Source of the DNA: Paludibacteraceae bacterium
Lineage (GTDB): Bacteria; Bacteroidota; Bacteroidia; Bacteroidales; Paludibacteraceae
DNA length: 64,000 nt
Assembly: GCA_045590995.1 (NCBI GenBank)
Contig: JAZNRY010000101.1
Span: forward strand, 5,823 to 69,822
Direction: 5' to 3'
The translations under genes and the position numbers were made by a program. The notes beneath the pieces were generated by a model. The model saw only the letters and a program-made list of their open reading frames with translations. It did no database searches and was not told the origin of the DNA. Of this stretch, positions 46,765-56,056 are shown one piece after another; position 1 is the stretch's first letter; each line of letters opens with the position of its first letter.

Positions 46765-48024
46765 TTACACATTGGGAATCTTGAGCGTTTTGCCTGCACG
46801 AATAAAGTCGGATGTTAGTCCGTTGAACGATTTCAATCGTTTGACACTCACATGGAATTTAGCCGCAATACCGCCCAAGGTATCGCCCTCTTTAATCTTA
46901 TAGTATGTAATGCCATTTACGGAATACCCACCATTCAATCCCGTTTTTTGCATCAGGTCAATCTCCGCGCGGCGGTTATGAATGAGTTCTTTGGCTTGAT
47001 AGGCAAGAATACTATCTTGCTGATCAATGTAGGTTCCTGAAATTTGAATTGGCAGACAAAGTGCATACTCTTTTCCACCAGGAATAATGTCGCGAGCGTA
47101 TTGAGGATTGAGTTTGCGCAATTCTTCGATGGTGATATCTAAATTCGCTGCTATCTGCTTGAGGTGTTGGCGTTCAGAGGTAACAACCGTGTCTGTAATA
47201 GGGTAACGAATCTCGGTCGTTGGGCAAATGCCATGTACATCGGCATAGTTCATAGCATAAGAAGCCGCAATGAAAATAGGCAGATAACCGCGTGTCTCCT
47301 TTGGAAGAAAAGGATAAATGCTCCAAAAATCGCGTTTCCCACCTGCACGATGAATCGCTTTATTGACATTGCCTGGACCACAATTGTAGGCGGCAATCAC
47401 CAGATTCCAATCCTCAAAGATATTATACAATGCTTTTAGGAAACGGCATGCGGCTTCAGTCGAACGAATAGGGTCCATGCGCTCATCGATGAGCGAATTG
47501 ATTTCTAAACCATATTTTTTGCCTGTCGCAGGCATAAATTGCCATAAACCTACAGCTCCCATATGCGAGCGCGCTTGTGGGTTGAGTGCCGACTCAATCA
47601 CAGGTAGGTAGCACAATTCAAAGGGGAGCTCATATTTGCCCAATATGTCCTCGAAGATAGGAAAATAGTATTCAGCCTTGCGTTGAAGACTTGCCAATTG
47701 GCGTGGACTATGCTTCACATAGCGCAAGATATAGCGTCGCACAACATCATTATAGGGTACTTCAATGATGAAAGGCAATGCTTGTAGGCGTGCTTTATAA
47801 ATGGAGTCGGGTAACTCGGTGATAAGGGTATCGGAAGTACATTCGGTAGTGTCAAGCCATGCCAATGCTTCGTCAAAGAAAACGGGCATGTCTGCTATTG
47901 TATCTCCCATTTGCCCTGTAAGCAAGGAAATAGTATCCGTTGTGGTATCTACCGATATGGTGTCTTGGGCTTGTAGCGACAAGATACTTAAAAAGGATAT
48001 GAATAGAATAATTGTTGTTTTCAT
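46765..48024 (-). CDS. mltD: lytic transglycosylase (SLT domain) with C-terminal LysM
   Basis: VIESALNPQARSHMGAVGLWQFMPATG, AYNCGPGN, and LysM YKIKEGDTLGGIAAKF. Confidence 0.8.
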   Translation of the reverse strand: MKTTIILFISFLSILSLQAQDTISVDTTTDTISLLTGQMGDTIADMPVFFDEALAWLDTTECTSDTLITELPDSIYKARLQALPFIIEVPYNDVVRRYILRYVKHSPRQLASLQRKAEYYFPIFEDILGKYELPFELCYLPVIESALNPQARSHMGAVGLWQFMPATGKKYGLEINSLIDERMDPIRSTEAACRFLKALYNIFEDWNLVIAAYNCGPGNVNKAIHRAGGKRDFWSIYPFLPKETRGYLPIFIAASYAMNYADVHGICPTTEIRYPITDTVVTSERQHLKQIAANLDITIEELRKLNPQYARDIIPGGKEYALCLPIQISGTYIDQQDSILAYQAKELIHNRRAEIDLMQKTGLNGGYSVNGITYYKIKEGDTLGGIAAKFHVSVKRLKSFNGLTSDFIRAGKTLKIPNV

Positions 48025-48713
48025 TAGAATGTTATTGCAAGTTTTACTTCGGCTGTTCGTTGGTTTTGCAAATCGTAGTAGAGTTGAGGGGATACATTCA
48101 ACGAAAGGTCGTTGGAAATGTCAAAATCAAATAATTGTGCATCAACATATGCGTCCACCAACGATAGTGTATATACCAAGACCGTTACAAGGATAGACAA
48201 GTCACGCTGTCGTAGCGAAGCATTTTGCCAGTCTTTGAGGCGATTTTGGTAGGCTTGTGTTCCGCCCATAGTTTGTATGCTATACCCCTCAGGTAGGATA
48301 GCGTTGTAGGATTTGTTGGGGTCGTTGCTCACTGTGCCATTTTGAATGTCGTAGTAGATGTCACGGTAAGCGGATTTGTATCCTTCATACTGTCCGTTGG
48401 TCCATGTGATAGCATAGATACAGCCCATGAAACCACCATAGACAATAGGCAGTTTCCAGTAACTTCGGTTGTATATTTGTCCTAATCCTGGTACCACAGC
48501 ACCCAACCATACGGCACGCATCGGATTGGGTTTCCAGAACAGACGATCATACTCTTTTTGGGTAAGAGGCAAGGAGTCGGACAACGCTTCCGTTGTATGC
48601 CATCCCTTTGGTGGAATAGAATCGTTATCAGACAATCGCTGTCTGTCAGAAGCAGATGTCCATAAAGGGAATAGGACGAAGAAGCATAATATGTAAATGC
48701 GAATGCGCATCAA
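48024..48713 (-). CDS. DUF5683 domain protein
   Basis: KPNPMRAVWLGAVVPGLGQIYNRSYWKLPIVYGGF. Conserved position after parB. Confidence 0.7.
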   Translation of the reverse strand: MMRIRIYILCFFVLFPLWTSASDRQRLSDNDSIPPKGWHTTEALSDSLPLTQKEYDRLFWKPNPMRAVWLGAVVPGLGQIYNRSYWKLPIVYGGFMGCIYAITWTNGQYEGYKSAYRDIYYDIQNGTVSNDPNKSYNAILPEGYSIQTMGGTQAYQNRLKDWQNASLRQRDLSILVTVLVYTLSLVDAYVDAQLFDFDISNDLSLNVSPQLYYDLQNQRTAEVKLAITF

Positions 48714-49534
48714 TGTATTCGGCTAATAATCGTATTGAGTTCCTCCTCGCTGTGGAATGTGATGACTATTTTTTGCCCTATGATTTTTGCTGTATCACCC
48801 AGTTTTTCAGTCAAGGTGCGTTGTTGTGCATTGTATATAACTTTGTTTTTGCGCTCTTTCTTTTCTGGTTTGATGGCACTCACCAACTCTTCTACTTTGC
48901 GCACGGACAACCCATTTTGCAGGATACGCTTGTAAATGCTGAGTTGTTGCTCAGGTGAAGTAGAGCCGAGTATGGCGCGTGCATGTCCCATATCAATTTT
49001 TTTCTCTTTGATACCGAGTTGAATCTCAGCTGGGAGTTTCAGCAGTCGCAGATAGTTAGCCACCGTAGCGCGTTTCTTGCCTACACGCTCCGACATGCGC
49101 TCTTGGGTCAGGTTGTACTCATCCATCAGTCGTTGGTAGGCAAGTGCAATCTCTATGGCATCAAGGTCTTCGCGTTGAATATTCTCAATGAGCGCCCATT
49201 CCATCACCTGCTCATCTTTGGCAGTACGAATATACGCAGGTATGGAGTTAAGTCCTGCTATTTTGGCAGCACGAAAACGGCGTTCACCCGCAATGATCAT
49301 ATAGCGTTTGTCGGCGTCCTTTCGCAAGGTAATGGGAGAGATGACACCATGTTCGCTGATGGATTGTGCCAATTCTTGAAGTGCTTCTTCGTCAAATGTG
49401 CGGCGTGGTTGGTCTGGGTTAGGGTAAATCCTATCCAGTGCAATCTCGTTGATAGAGGATGATCCCGCTGTAGAGATATGTGTCGTGTCAATGAGCGCGT
49501 CTAATCCGCGTCCTAATCCTAATGATTTTTTCAT
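48710..49534 (-). CDS. parB: chromosome partitioning protein ParB
   Basis: GLGRGLDALI, IAGERRFRAAK, then an HTH. ATGA overlaps on both sides. Confidence 0.92.
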   Translation of the reverse strand: MKKSLGLGRGLDALIDTTHISTAGSSSINEIALDRIYPNPDQPRRTFDEEALQELAQSISEHGVISPITLRKDADKRYMIIAGERRFRAAKIAGLNSIPAYIRTAKDEQVMEWALIENIQREDLDAIEIALAYQRLMDEYNLTQERMSERVGKKRATVANYLRLLKLPAEIQLGIKEKKIDMGHARAILGSTSPEQQLSIYKRILQNGLSVRKVEELVSAIKPEKKERKNKVIYNAQQRTLTEKLGDTAKIIGQKIVITFHSEEELNTIISRIH

Positions 49535-50298
49535 GCGTTGCTCCTTCTGATAAGTTCTTTTGCTAAATTGATATAGTTTTTCGCACCTTTACTGCTTCGA
49601 TCGTACTCCAATACCGACATGCCATGACTTGGTGCTTCGCTAAGGCGTACATTGCGCGCAATGACCGTGTCAAACACCAAGTCGCCAAAGTGGCGGCGTA
49701 CCTCATCATGCACTTGCATAGATAGGCGAAGACGACCATCGTACATGGTAAGCAGGAATCCTTCAATACGCAAAGTGGGGTTGAGGTTAGATTTGATAAT
49801 CTTAATGGTGTTCAGCAGTTTGGCAATACCTTCGAGCGCAAAGAACTCGCATTGCACAGGAATAATCACGCTGTCGCTTGCTGTGAGTGCGTTGATGGTT
49901 ATCAAGCCCAATGATGGTGAGCAGTCAATGAGAATATAGTCGTAGAGTGGGCGCAACGGAGTGAGTACTCGTTTGAGCAAGTTCTCTCTGTCCTCCATGT
50001 TCAGCATTTCTATTTCTGCACCTACGAGGTCAATGTGCGATGGAATAAGGTCGAGGTTAGGGCGCGAAGTGTGTACAATGGCATCATTGGAGTCAATGCC
50101 TACAACCAAACACTCATAAATGGTGTTGTTGAGTTGTTGAATATCTACGCCCAATCCAGATGAAGTGTTAGCTTGTGGATCGGCATCAATAAGTAGTACT
50201 TTTTTGCCCTCTGCTGCCAACGAGGCTGCAAGATTAATGGAGGTTGTTGTTTTTCCTACACCTCCTTTTTGATTGGCTAATGAAATGATTTTTCCCAT
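49531..50298 (-). CDS. parA: chromosome partitioning ATPase ParA
   Basis: IISLANQKGGVGKTTT deviant Walker A. Confidence 0.92.
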   Translation of the reverse strand: MGKIISLANQKGGVGKTTTSINLAASLAAEGKKVLLIDADPQANTSSGLGVDIQQLNNTIYECLVVGIDSNDAIVHTSRPNLDLIPSHIDLVGAEIEMLNMEDRENLLKRVLTPLRPLYDYILIDCSPSLGLITINALTASDSVIIPVQCEFFALEGIAKLLNTIKIIKSNLNPTLRIEGFLLTMYDGRLRLSMQVHDEVRRHFGDLVFDTVIARNVRLSEAPSHGMSVLEYDRSSKGAKNYINLAKELIRRSNA

Positions 50299-50338
50299 AT
50301 GTTCGATTTACAATTTACAAGGTGTTATAATGTTGTAC

Positions 50339-51007
50339 CTATAGCTTAATTTCCCATAAATAAGCAAAGTTTAGACTCAGACTCATTAAATTGGATTGAC
50401 TAAAATAGTCCACTTTTCGGTTGTTGTATATTGTGCCCATGCTGAAGTTGAATCGTGCTTCCAGTTGGAATAATCCAATCTTTCGTGTTCGGTAGTAACA
50501 CCCCAATCCGCCTGCCAGTCCCCAGTCAAAATGTTTGTCAATGGGTTGGTATTGTGGTTGAGTAATGAATGATGGCAGTTCCGTGGCTATGTCGCGGAAG
50601 CAGTATCCTATTTGTGGTCCCAAGTTGAGGAACGCACGAAATCGCTCTTTGCCGAAGTAAAGGTGCATCAGCAGTGGCACTTCTATGTAATCCAGTGTGC
50701 GATAGTATTCTATGGGTTGTGCTGTGTTGGTAATCGTCTCGTGCCATCCGCGTTGCATATAGTTGATTTCGGCTTGTATGGCACATACTTTGTGTCCTGC
50801 GTAGCGGAACACTATTCCTCCATTTGGAGAGAGTGGCGATTGCATGATGTTGATATTTGCCACACTCGGTTTCAACATAATCGTAGAAGCCATCACGCCG
50901 CCATGTACTCCGACATATAGTTCAGGTCGCCTAAGGCGAGGCTGCGCCATACTCATGACACTCAGGAGTAGCAATAGGATTAGAGTAATATGTCGTTGAC
51001 GAATCAT
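50339..51007 (-). CDS. outer-membrane beta-barrel (porin/PorT-like) protein
   Basis: Trimmed to MIRQRHITLILLLLLSVMSMAQ (ATG 51007, ATGA overlap with the upstream stop). Alternating beta-strand pattern. Confidence 0.5.
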   Translation of the reverse strand: MIRQRHITLILLLLLSVMSMAQPRLRRPELYVGVHGGVMASTIMLKPSVANINIMQSPLSPNGGIVFRYAGHKVCAIQAEINYMQRGWHETITNTAQPIEYYRTLDYIEVPLLMHLYFGKERFRAFLNLGPQIGYCFRDIATELPSFITQPQYQPIDKHFDWGLAGGLGCYYRTRKIGLFQLEARFNFSMGTIYNNRKVDYFSQSNLMSLSLNFAYLWEIKL

Positions 51008-52461
51008 TGATGAATGATATGTATATTGTGGTTTTCGTAGCCACTTTGTGGGGTGGTTTGTATGTAGTGTATATTGGCTTGTATGCCATTCCAACTCTCG
51101 TTGGTCAGTAGTGTTGTGTCGTTTGTCTGTTGGAGCATTGCCAGCAAATGTGCTGTCAGGTCATAACCCAAGAGGTCATATCTGGGTTGCGTAGAACTGA
51201 GTTCGTGGTTGAAGTATTGCTCAAACAGTTGCTCGTAGGAGTCGGGTACCATAAGCGCAGGAGAAAATACTGAGGTGTAGAGCTGCGGAAGAATAATCTT
51301 CTCGTTTTGCCACGAGTAGTGTGAGAATAGGGTTATGCGGTAGTTGCCACATGCTTTCAGCAGGTGTGGCATAACGGTTTGCAAGTTGGCGTAACGTTCG
51401 GTATTGAAGATAACAATGTTCTCTATGTCGCTGCGAAAGGCACTATCTATGGAGTCATTGAGTATCGCTTTGAGGGCGATGGTGGTAGTTGGCACCTCGT
51501 GTTGCTGCAGTGCTTTGTGCAGTGCCATAATGCCAGAAGGTATCACTTCGCCTTCTTTCTGCTCTATGAGTATGCAGTTCACGCTATCTTTGCGCTGTGC
51601 CAAGTAGCGTGCAAGGGTGTCTGCCTCTATTTGCTCCGAAGGGTTGAATTTCAGTGTGTGTGTGTATGGATTCTTTTTATCCAAGTGCGATAAGAAGGGT
51701 ATCAAGCACCAAATACTATCTTCTTGAATGGAGTCCAGCACAGTAGTTGTTTGTTGTGCATAAGCAGGACCTATGATAGCATGCATGGTGTGTATTTCAG
51801 GGTGCTGTGAGAGTACTTCTTTGGTGCGGCTGGTAGTCTTGCCTATGTCGTAGGTGAAGATTTCCATGTGTTGTCCACGATGTTGTGCTTCGTAGATAGC
51901 AATCAATGCACCTGCATAGAAATCGTAGAAACGCTCCATGTTCTTCTCTCGCTTGATTGCATTGGCATGCAGTGGCAAGAGCAGTGCCAAACGAATGGCT
52001 GTGCTGTCCAATGCTGCGAGTGTATCAACAGATAGGGTGTCCAACGCAAGCGTATCCAATGCAAGCGTGTCCACTGGCGTGTTGCTTATGATGGGTTTCT
52101 TGCGCTTTGTTTCTTTGTTTTCTTCGAAGAGTACCAACCGCTGGCGCTTCTTCTCTTTGACCTCCTTTGGTTTTGTTACTTGTTTGTCTTCTGTTGCTTT
52201 CAGTTTTGCAGGCACCAATATCACTTCGTCCATGCGCAGCCCTCTGTGTTGTAGTTGGGGGTTGGCCTTCAGTATCTCTTCTTGTGTCACACCGAAGTTC
52301 ACGCTAATGCGGTATAGCCCGATGCTTCGTTCAACGGTGTAGCGATAATACACTTGTCCGTTGATGGTGTCCAATGGATAATTCAGTCCTTCGCCTTGTG
52401 CAGGCATAGCCCATGCCAGTAGTGCAAGGCAAATGGCGATATATGTACCTATCTGTTTCAT
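51004..52461 (-). CDS. LysM-like domain plus periplasmic-binding-protein-like domain protein
   Basis: Signal peptide. YYRYTVERSIGLYRISVNFGVTQEEILKANP (LysM-like). A DTLALDTLALDTLSVDTL linker, then a type-1 PBP-like C-terminus. Confidence 0.5.
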   Translation of the reverse strand: MKQIGTYIAICLALLAWAMPAQGEGLNYPLDTINGQVYYRYTVERSIGLYRISVNFGVTQEEILKANPQLQHRGLRMDEVILVPAKLKATEDKQVTKPKEVKEKKRQRLVLFEENKETKRKKPIISNTPVDTLALDTLALDTLSVDTLAALDSTAIRLALLLPLHANAIKREKNMERFYDFYAGALIAIYEAQHRGQHMEIFTYDIGKTTSRTKEVLSQHPEIHTMHAIIGPAYAQQTTTVLDSIQEDSIWCLIPFLSHLDKKNPYTHTLKFNPSEQIEADTLARYLAQRKDSVNCILIEQKEGEVIPSGIMALHKALQQHEVPTTTIALKAILNDSIDSAFRSDIENIVIFNTERYANLQTVMPHLLKACGNYRITLFSHYSWQNEKIILPQLYTSVFSPALMVPDSYEQLFEQYFNHELSSTQPRYDLLGYDLTAHLLAMLQQTNDTTLLTNESWNGIQANIHYIQTTPQSGYENHNIHIIHQ

Positions 52462-54098
52462 ATTGCTTTTGTATAACGCTTTCTGCGTACTATGATTACT
52501 GTTGCACCCACTATAGCCAACAATAATAGCGGCACTATGATGCTGATTACTTGTGCGCTTATGCGCCCTTCTCTCGCGCGCTGGTCATTGATAAGGCGGA
52601 GTGTGAATTGCTTTTGTCGGAGTGACATCCAGCCTGAATCATCCGTCAGGTATAGGACTGCGTTTACCATAAAATCGCGGTTGCCAAACTGTGTTTGGGT
52701 ATATCGGTCATATCCCAATGGCAATGGTTGCCCTTGTTGCCATTCATTGCGAATGGTGCTTCCTGCTGCCACTACGATTTGTTTGGTAGGACTACTCTGT
52801 TTGCGTAGCGGTGCATGCAGTTCTATCCCCTCGGGTGGAAGCAAGTGGGCAAATAGCGATGGGAAAACGCCCTCTATGTTTGCCGCTACAGGAATGAAGG
52901 CGTATTGAAATTCGCTTTCTGTGCCCTCAAACAAGCTCAAATCCACTTCGGCGGGTGTGCCTGTTAGTTTGCTGTTGGATGAGGTGGCAAGCAGGGTGGT
53001 CTTGTGTAGCCCATCTTCTCCTCCTACGAAATCCAGCATAGAAGCCATGGTAGCACTCACTTGCATGATGTTGCGTGTGATAGGTGATGCTTGCGAGGTG
53101 AGCAATAGCGGTGCGTATGTCCAAGGCATGGGTTGCCAATTGGGTTGCTGCGGGTCGTTCGATACATCCACGGGTACGGGCAAGCATTGCAGGTCTTGCA
53201 CCAATACGGGGTTCACACGAACGCCGTAGCGAAACAGCATGTCCGATAGGTTCAGCTCCAAGGGGATGATGGGTGTCATACCGCTCTGCGAAAGCGTGGT
53301 GTTGGAGAAGCGTACACCATTCAGTACCCATAAGATACGCCCGCCTTGCATGAGGTATTGGTCCAAAATATACTTGTCCTCTTCCGAGAATGGCTCTTGT
53401 GGGTCGGCTATGATTACTGCGCGGTATTCATCCAGCACGCCAGTCTCTTTGCCCAAGGTGCCACGGTCTATTTGGTAGTAGTGTGATAGAGCTTGACTTA
53501 GGTCAAACACCTCCCTCTCGGTCAGTTCGCCGTGTCCTTCTAAAAAGGCTATCTTCTCCACTTTTTCGCGTGTGAGCGTATGCAGGGCTTCCACAAAGGC
53601 GAACTCCAAGTTCTCAATGCTATGGTTGAGGTTTTCCTCGCCACTGCGTCCACGATTGTTGCGCAGTAATTCCACGACAGCAGTTTTATCCTTATATGTC
53701 AGGAGTGCATAGGGGTAAATGGTGGTTTGTGCTGTTTGTCCTTTGTGTGTGCGTTCGTGGATGACGGTGGGAGACAGCCCTTGCGGAATAGCCTCCGCCG
53801 ACACCCGATAGTCAATCTCTGCGCCTTTAGCTTCTCGCATCTCGCCTCTCGCCGTCTCTAACTCCTCCACTATTTCCACGGTAGCGCGTTGCAATCGTTG
53901 AAATCCTGCGTTGAGTTCGCCGTCAAGAAGAATGGTCACTTGTAGTGGAGCGTTGAGCTCTTGCAGCAGGGCTTTGGTCGTGGGGGCAATGCTATAACGG
54001 CGGTCGTTGGTCATGTCCCAACGCACCACAAAATGGTGCACCAGCAGGTTGGTCACTACCAGTGCTACCACGATCGCTATACCTTTCCAGATTTTCAT
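52458..54098 (-). CDS. gldG: GldG-like ABC-transporter-associated protein
   Basis: N-terminal TM plus RWDMTNDRRYSIAPTTKALLQEL. C-terminal TM IIVPLLLLAIVGATVIIV. This is the GldG architecture. Confidence 0.6.
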   Translation of the reverse strand: MKIWKGIAIVVALVVTNLLVHHFVVRWDMTNDRRYSIAPTTKALLQELNAPLQVTILLDGELNAGFQRLQRATVEIVEELETARGEMREAKGAEIDYRVSAEAIPQGLSPTVIHERTHKGQTAQTTIYPYALLTYKDKTAVVELLRNNRGRSGEENLNHSIENLEFAFVEALHTLTREKVEKIAFLEGHGELTEREVFDLSQALSHYYQIDRGTLGKETGVLDEYRAVIIADPQEPFSEEDKYILDQYLMQGGRILWVLNGVRFSNTTLSQSGMTPIIPLELNLSDMLFRYGVRVNPVLVQDLQCLPVPVDVSNDPQQPNWQPMPWTYAPLLLTSQASPITRNIMQVSATMASMLDFVGGEDGLHKTTLLATSSNSKLTGTPAEVDLSLFEGTESEFQYAFIPVAANIEGVFPSLFAHLLPPEGIELHAPLRKQSSPTKQIVVAAGSTIRNEWQQGQPLPLGYDRYTQTQFGNRDFMVNAVLYLTDDSGWMSLRQKQFTLRLINDQRAREGRISAQVISIIVPLLLLAIVGATVIIVRRKRYTKAI

Positions 54099-54110
54099 TT
54101 CTCGTTTTAT

Positions 54111-54166
54111 GGCTCCCAGCTGCCGGTCGCCTAATGTTGGTTTCCGGCTGCTGGCTCCCGGCTGCC
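54111..54166. repeat. GC-rich GGCTCCC(A/G)GCTGCC direct repeat pair
   Basis: GGCTCCCAGCTGCC at 54111 and GGCTCCCGGCTGCC at 54153. Related strings occur at 60836-60907 and 63979-64000. Confidence 0.55.
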
Positions 54167-54168
54167 AA

Positions 54169-55929
54169 TTACAACGCCTCTTTATTCACCACCACAGGAT
54201 ATTTCTCTCTCAGTGCTTCCACCCACAGCTTCTCCAAATAGTCTTGGTAGTCGGTGGTCACCTGTCCGCGTACATCGGTGTATTCTTGTGGTGCTTTGAT
54301 TACTTTGCCAACAGGGATAACGAATGGGAACTCTTCCGTTGGGGTGTATTCAGCGGCTTTGTCTTTGAATGCATATCTGTCCACAGCAGCATTTTTGCCT
54401 TTTGTCCAAAGACCATGTTCTACGCGAACATAGGTCACGCTGTCCACATTTATGCGTTGATTGATATAGCTTACTACGGAGTCTGGGTTTGCGCTCTTGG
54501 CTATTTGTTTTGCTGCTTTGGCTGACACTTCGTCCTTGGCGTAAATCATATAGCCTTTGAAGCGTGGCTCATCCCATGTGTAGTTTTTCTTGTTTGCTTT
54601 GAAGTATGCTGCCAAGCCTTTCGTGTCTTTGTTGGCTTTGTCCCACACCTCGCGTAGCGATACATCAAAGAGCAGGATACCATCGTGGTATTCGCGCACA
54701 AGGTTACGCAAGTCTTCGTATTTCTCCTCCAAGTGTGCATCTGCGTATGCTTTCACCTCGGCGTCCGTCATTTCTGCTGGCAAATTGTATTCTGCGCGTG
54801 TCTTTTGGATAAAACTCTTTTCTGCTTCCGCAAAGCGCACATCGCGTTTCACTTGATTGAGCATTTGTTGACGAATGCTATCCAGTGGTTGAATGCCGCG
54901 TTTCTCATACAGTTTCACAAAGTGCCAACCGAATCGGGTAGGGAATGGCTCGCTCATTGCGCCCTCTTCCAAGCCGAAGGTGATGTTCTCAAATGGCTGT
55001 ACCATCATGCCTCTGCCAAACCAACCGAGATCGCCGCCTCTCACTGCCGAACCCTTGTCGTCTGAGTTCTCTATAGCCACTTGTGCGAAGTCTGCGCCTG
55101 CCAATACTGCTTGGTATAGACTGTCAATTTTCTTTTTGGCGTCCATAGCGGTAGCTTCGTTTCCGCGTGGCATCATCTTCATGATGTGTGCCGCATGCAC
55201 CTCTTCGTAAGCACGCTCTTCTTCCACCAATGCAATATGAAAACCGTAAGGGCTGCGGAAGATAGGGGTCACTTCGCCCACTGGGGTGGTATATACTGCA
55301 TCCTCAAATGGATAGACAAAGCGGAACACCTCAATCCAACCGAGTTCACCGCCGTTCTCTTTGCCTGCTGGGTCCTCAGTCATCTCGCGTGCTACATCGG
55401 CGAACGCCTCTGGCTCGCGTACAGTGATCCACTTGCGACCTTTCTTCACTTTCTTCTCCACGCCAGTAGTAACGCGCTCGCGTGCCAATTCTATCTTGGC
55501 TGTGGCAGCTGCTACGGTAGCAGAGTCGGCGTCGGCTGGACATTGCATAGCAATGTGTGCTGCGCGGCGCACATTTGCTTTGCGGTTGTAACTCATGACT
55601 ACCAAACTGTCAATTGCTTCTTGGTCTTGCAAGTATTTTGGTGTAGCTTGCGCACGATAACCTGCTAATTCCTTTTTGAATGCCTCGGTTGTATCCACAC
55701 CTTGAGCAATGGCTTCAGTCACTTTCAACTTGAAGTTGATAAAGAGGTCCAGGTATTCTTCCATAGACTTCTTTTCCAAACTGTTCTCTTGGTTGTTTTT
55801 CTCGTAGATATACAAGAACTCCGACAGCATCACGGGCTCACCGTTGATGGTTAATAACACTTTGTCTTCTTGTGCAAAGCCCATCAATGAGCCTGCCAAT
55901 AACACGATGGATAAAAGTACTTTTTTCAT
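54169..55929 (-). CDS. peptidyl-prolyl cis-trans isomerase (SurA/PpiC parvulin type, two rotamase domains)
   Basis: Signal peptide. YGFHIALV and FGWHFVKL parvulin motifs. Confidence 0.8.
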   Translation of the reverse strand: MKKVLLSIVLLAGSLMGFAQEDKVLLTINGEPVMLSEFLYIYEKNNQENSLEKKSMEEYLDLFINFKLKVTEAIAQGVDTTEAFKKELAGYRAQATPKYLQDQEAIDSLVVMSYNRKANVRRAAHIAMQCPADADSATVAAATAKIELARERVTTGVEKKVKKGRKWITVREPEAFADVAREMTEDPAGKENGGELGWIEVFRFVYPFEDAVYTTPVGEVTPIFRSPYGFHIALVEEERAYEEVHAAHIMKMMPRGNEATAMDAKKKIDSLYQAVLAGADFAQVAIENSDDKGSAVRGGDLGWFGRGMMVQPFENITFGLEEGAMSEPFPTRFGWHFVKLYEKRGIQPLDSIRQQMLNQVKRDVRFAEAEKSFIQKTRAEYNLPAEMTDAEVKAYADAHLEEKYEDLRNLVREYHDGILLFDVSLREVWDKANKDTKGLAAYFKANKKNYTWDEPRFKGYMIYAKDEVSAKAAKQIAKSANPDSVVSYINQRINVDSVTYVRVEHGLWTKGKNAAVDRYAFKDKAAEYTPTEEFPFVIPVGKVIKAPQEYTDVRGQVTTDYQDYLEKLWVEALREKYPVVVNKEAL

Positions 55930-55984
55930 TGTTTTTTATTCTTTTTAATTCAAAATTCGTAATTCAAAATTCACATAAAGCGTG

Positions 55985-56016
55985 CAAAATTACAAAAAAA
56001 ATTTGATATATGCAAA
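55985..56016 (-). promoter_or_regulatory. PPIase gene promoter (overlaps the divergent nrnA-like promoter)
   Basis: Reverse-strand TAATTTTG at 55985-55992 and TTTG at 56013-56016. Confidence 0.55.
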
Positions 56017-56032
56017 AAAAGTTGTACTTTTG
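56002..56032 (+). promoter_or_regulatory. nrnA-like gene promoter
   Basis: TTTG at 56002-56005 and TACTTTTG at 56025-56032. Confidence 0.6.
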
Positions 56033-56056
56033 CGGAGAATTTCACATAAAATAACA

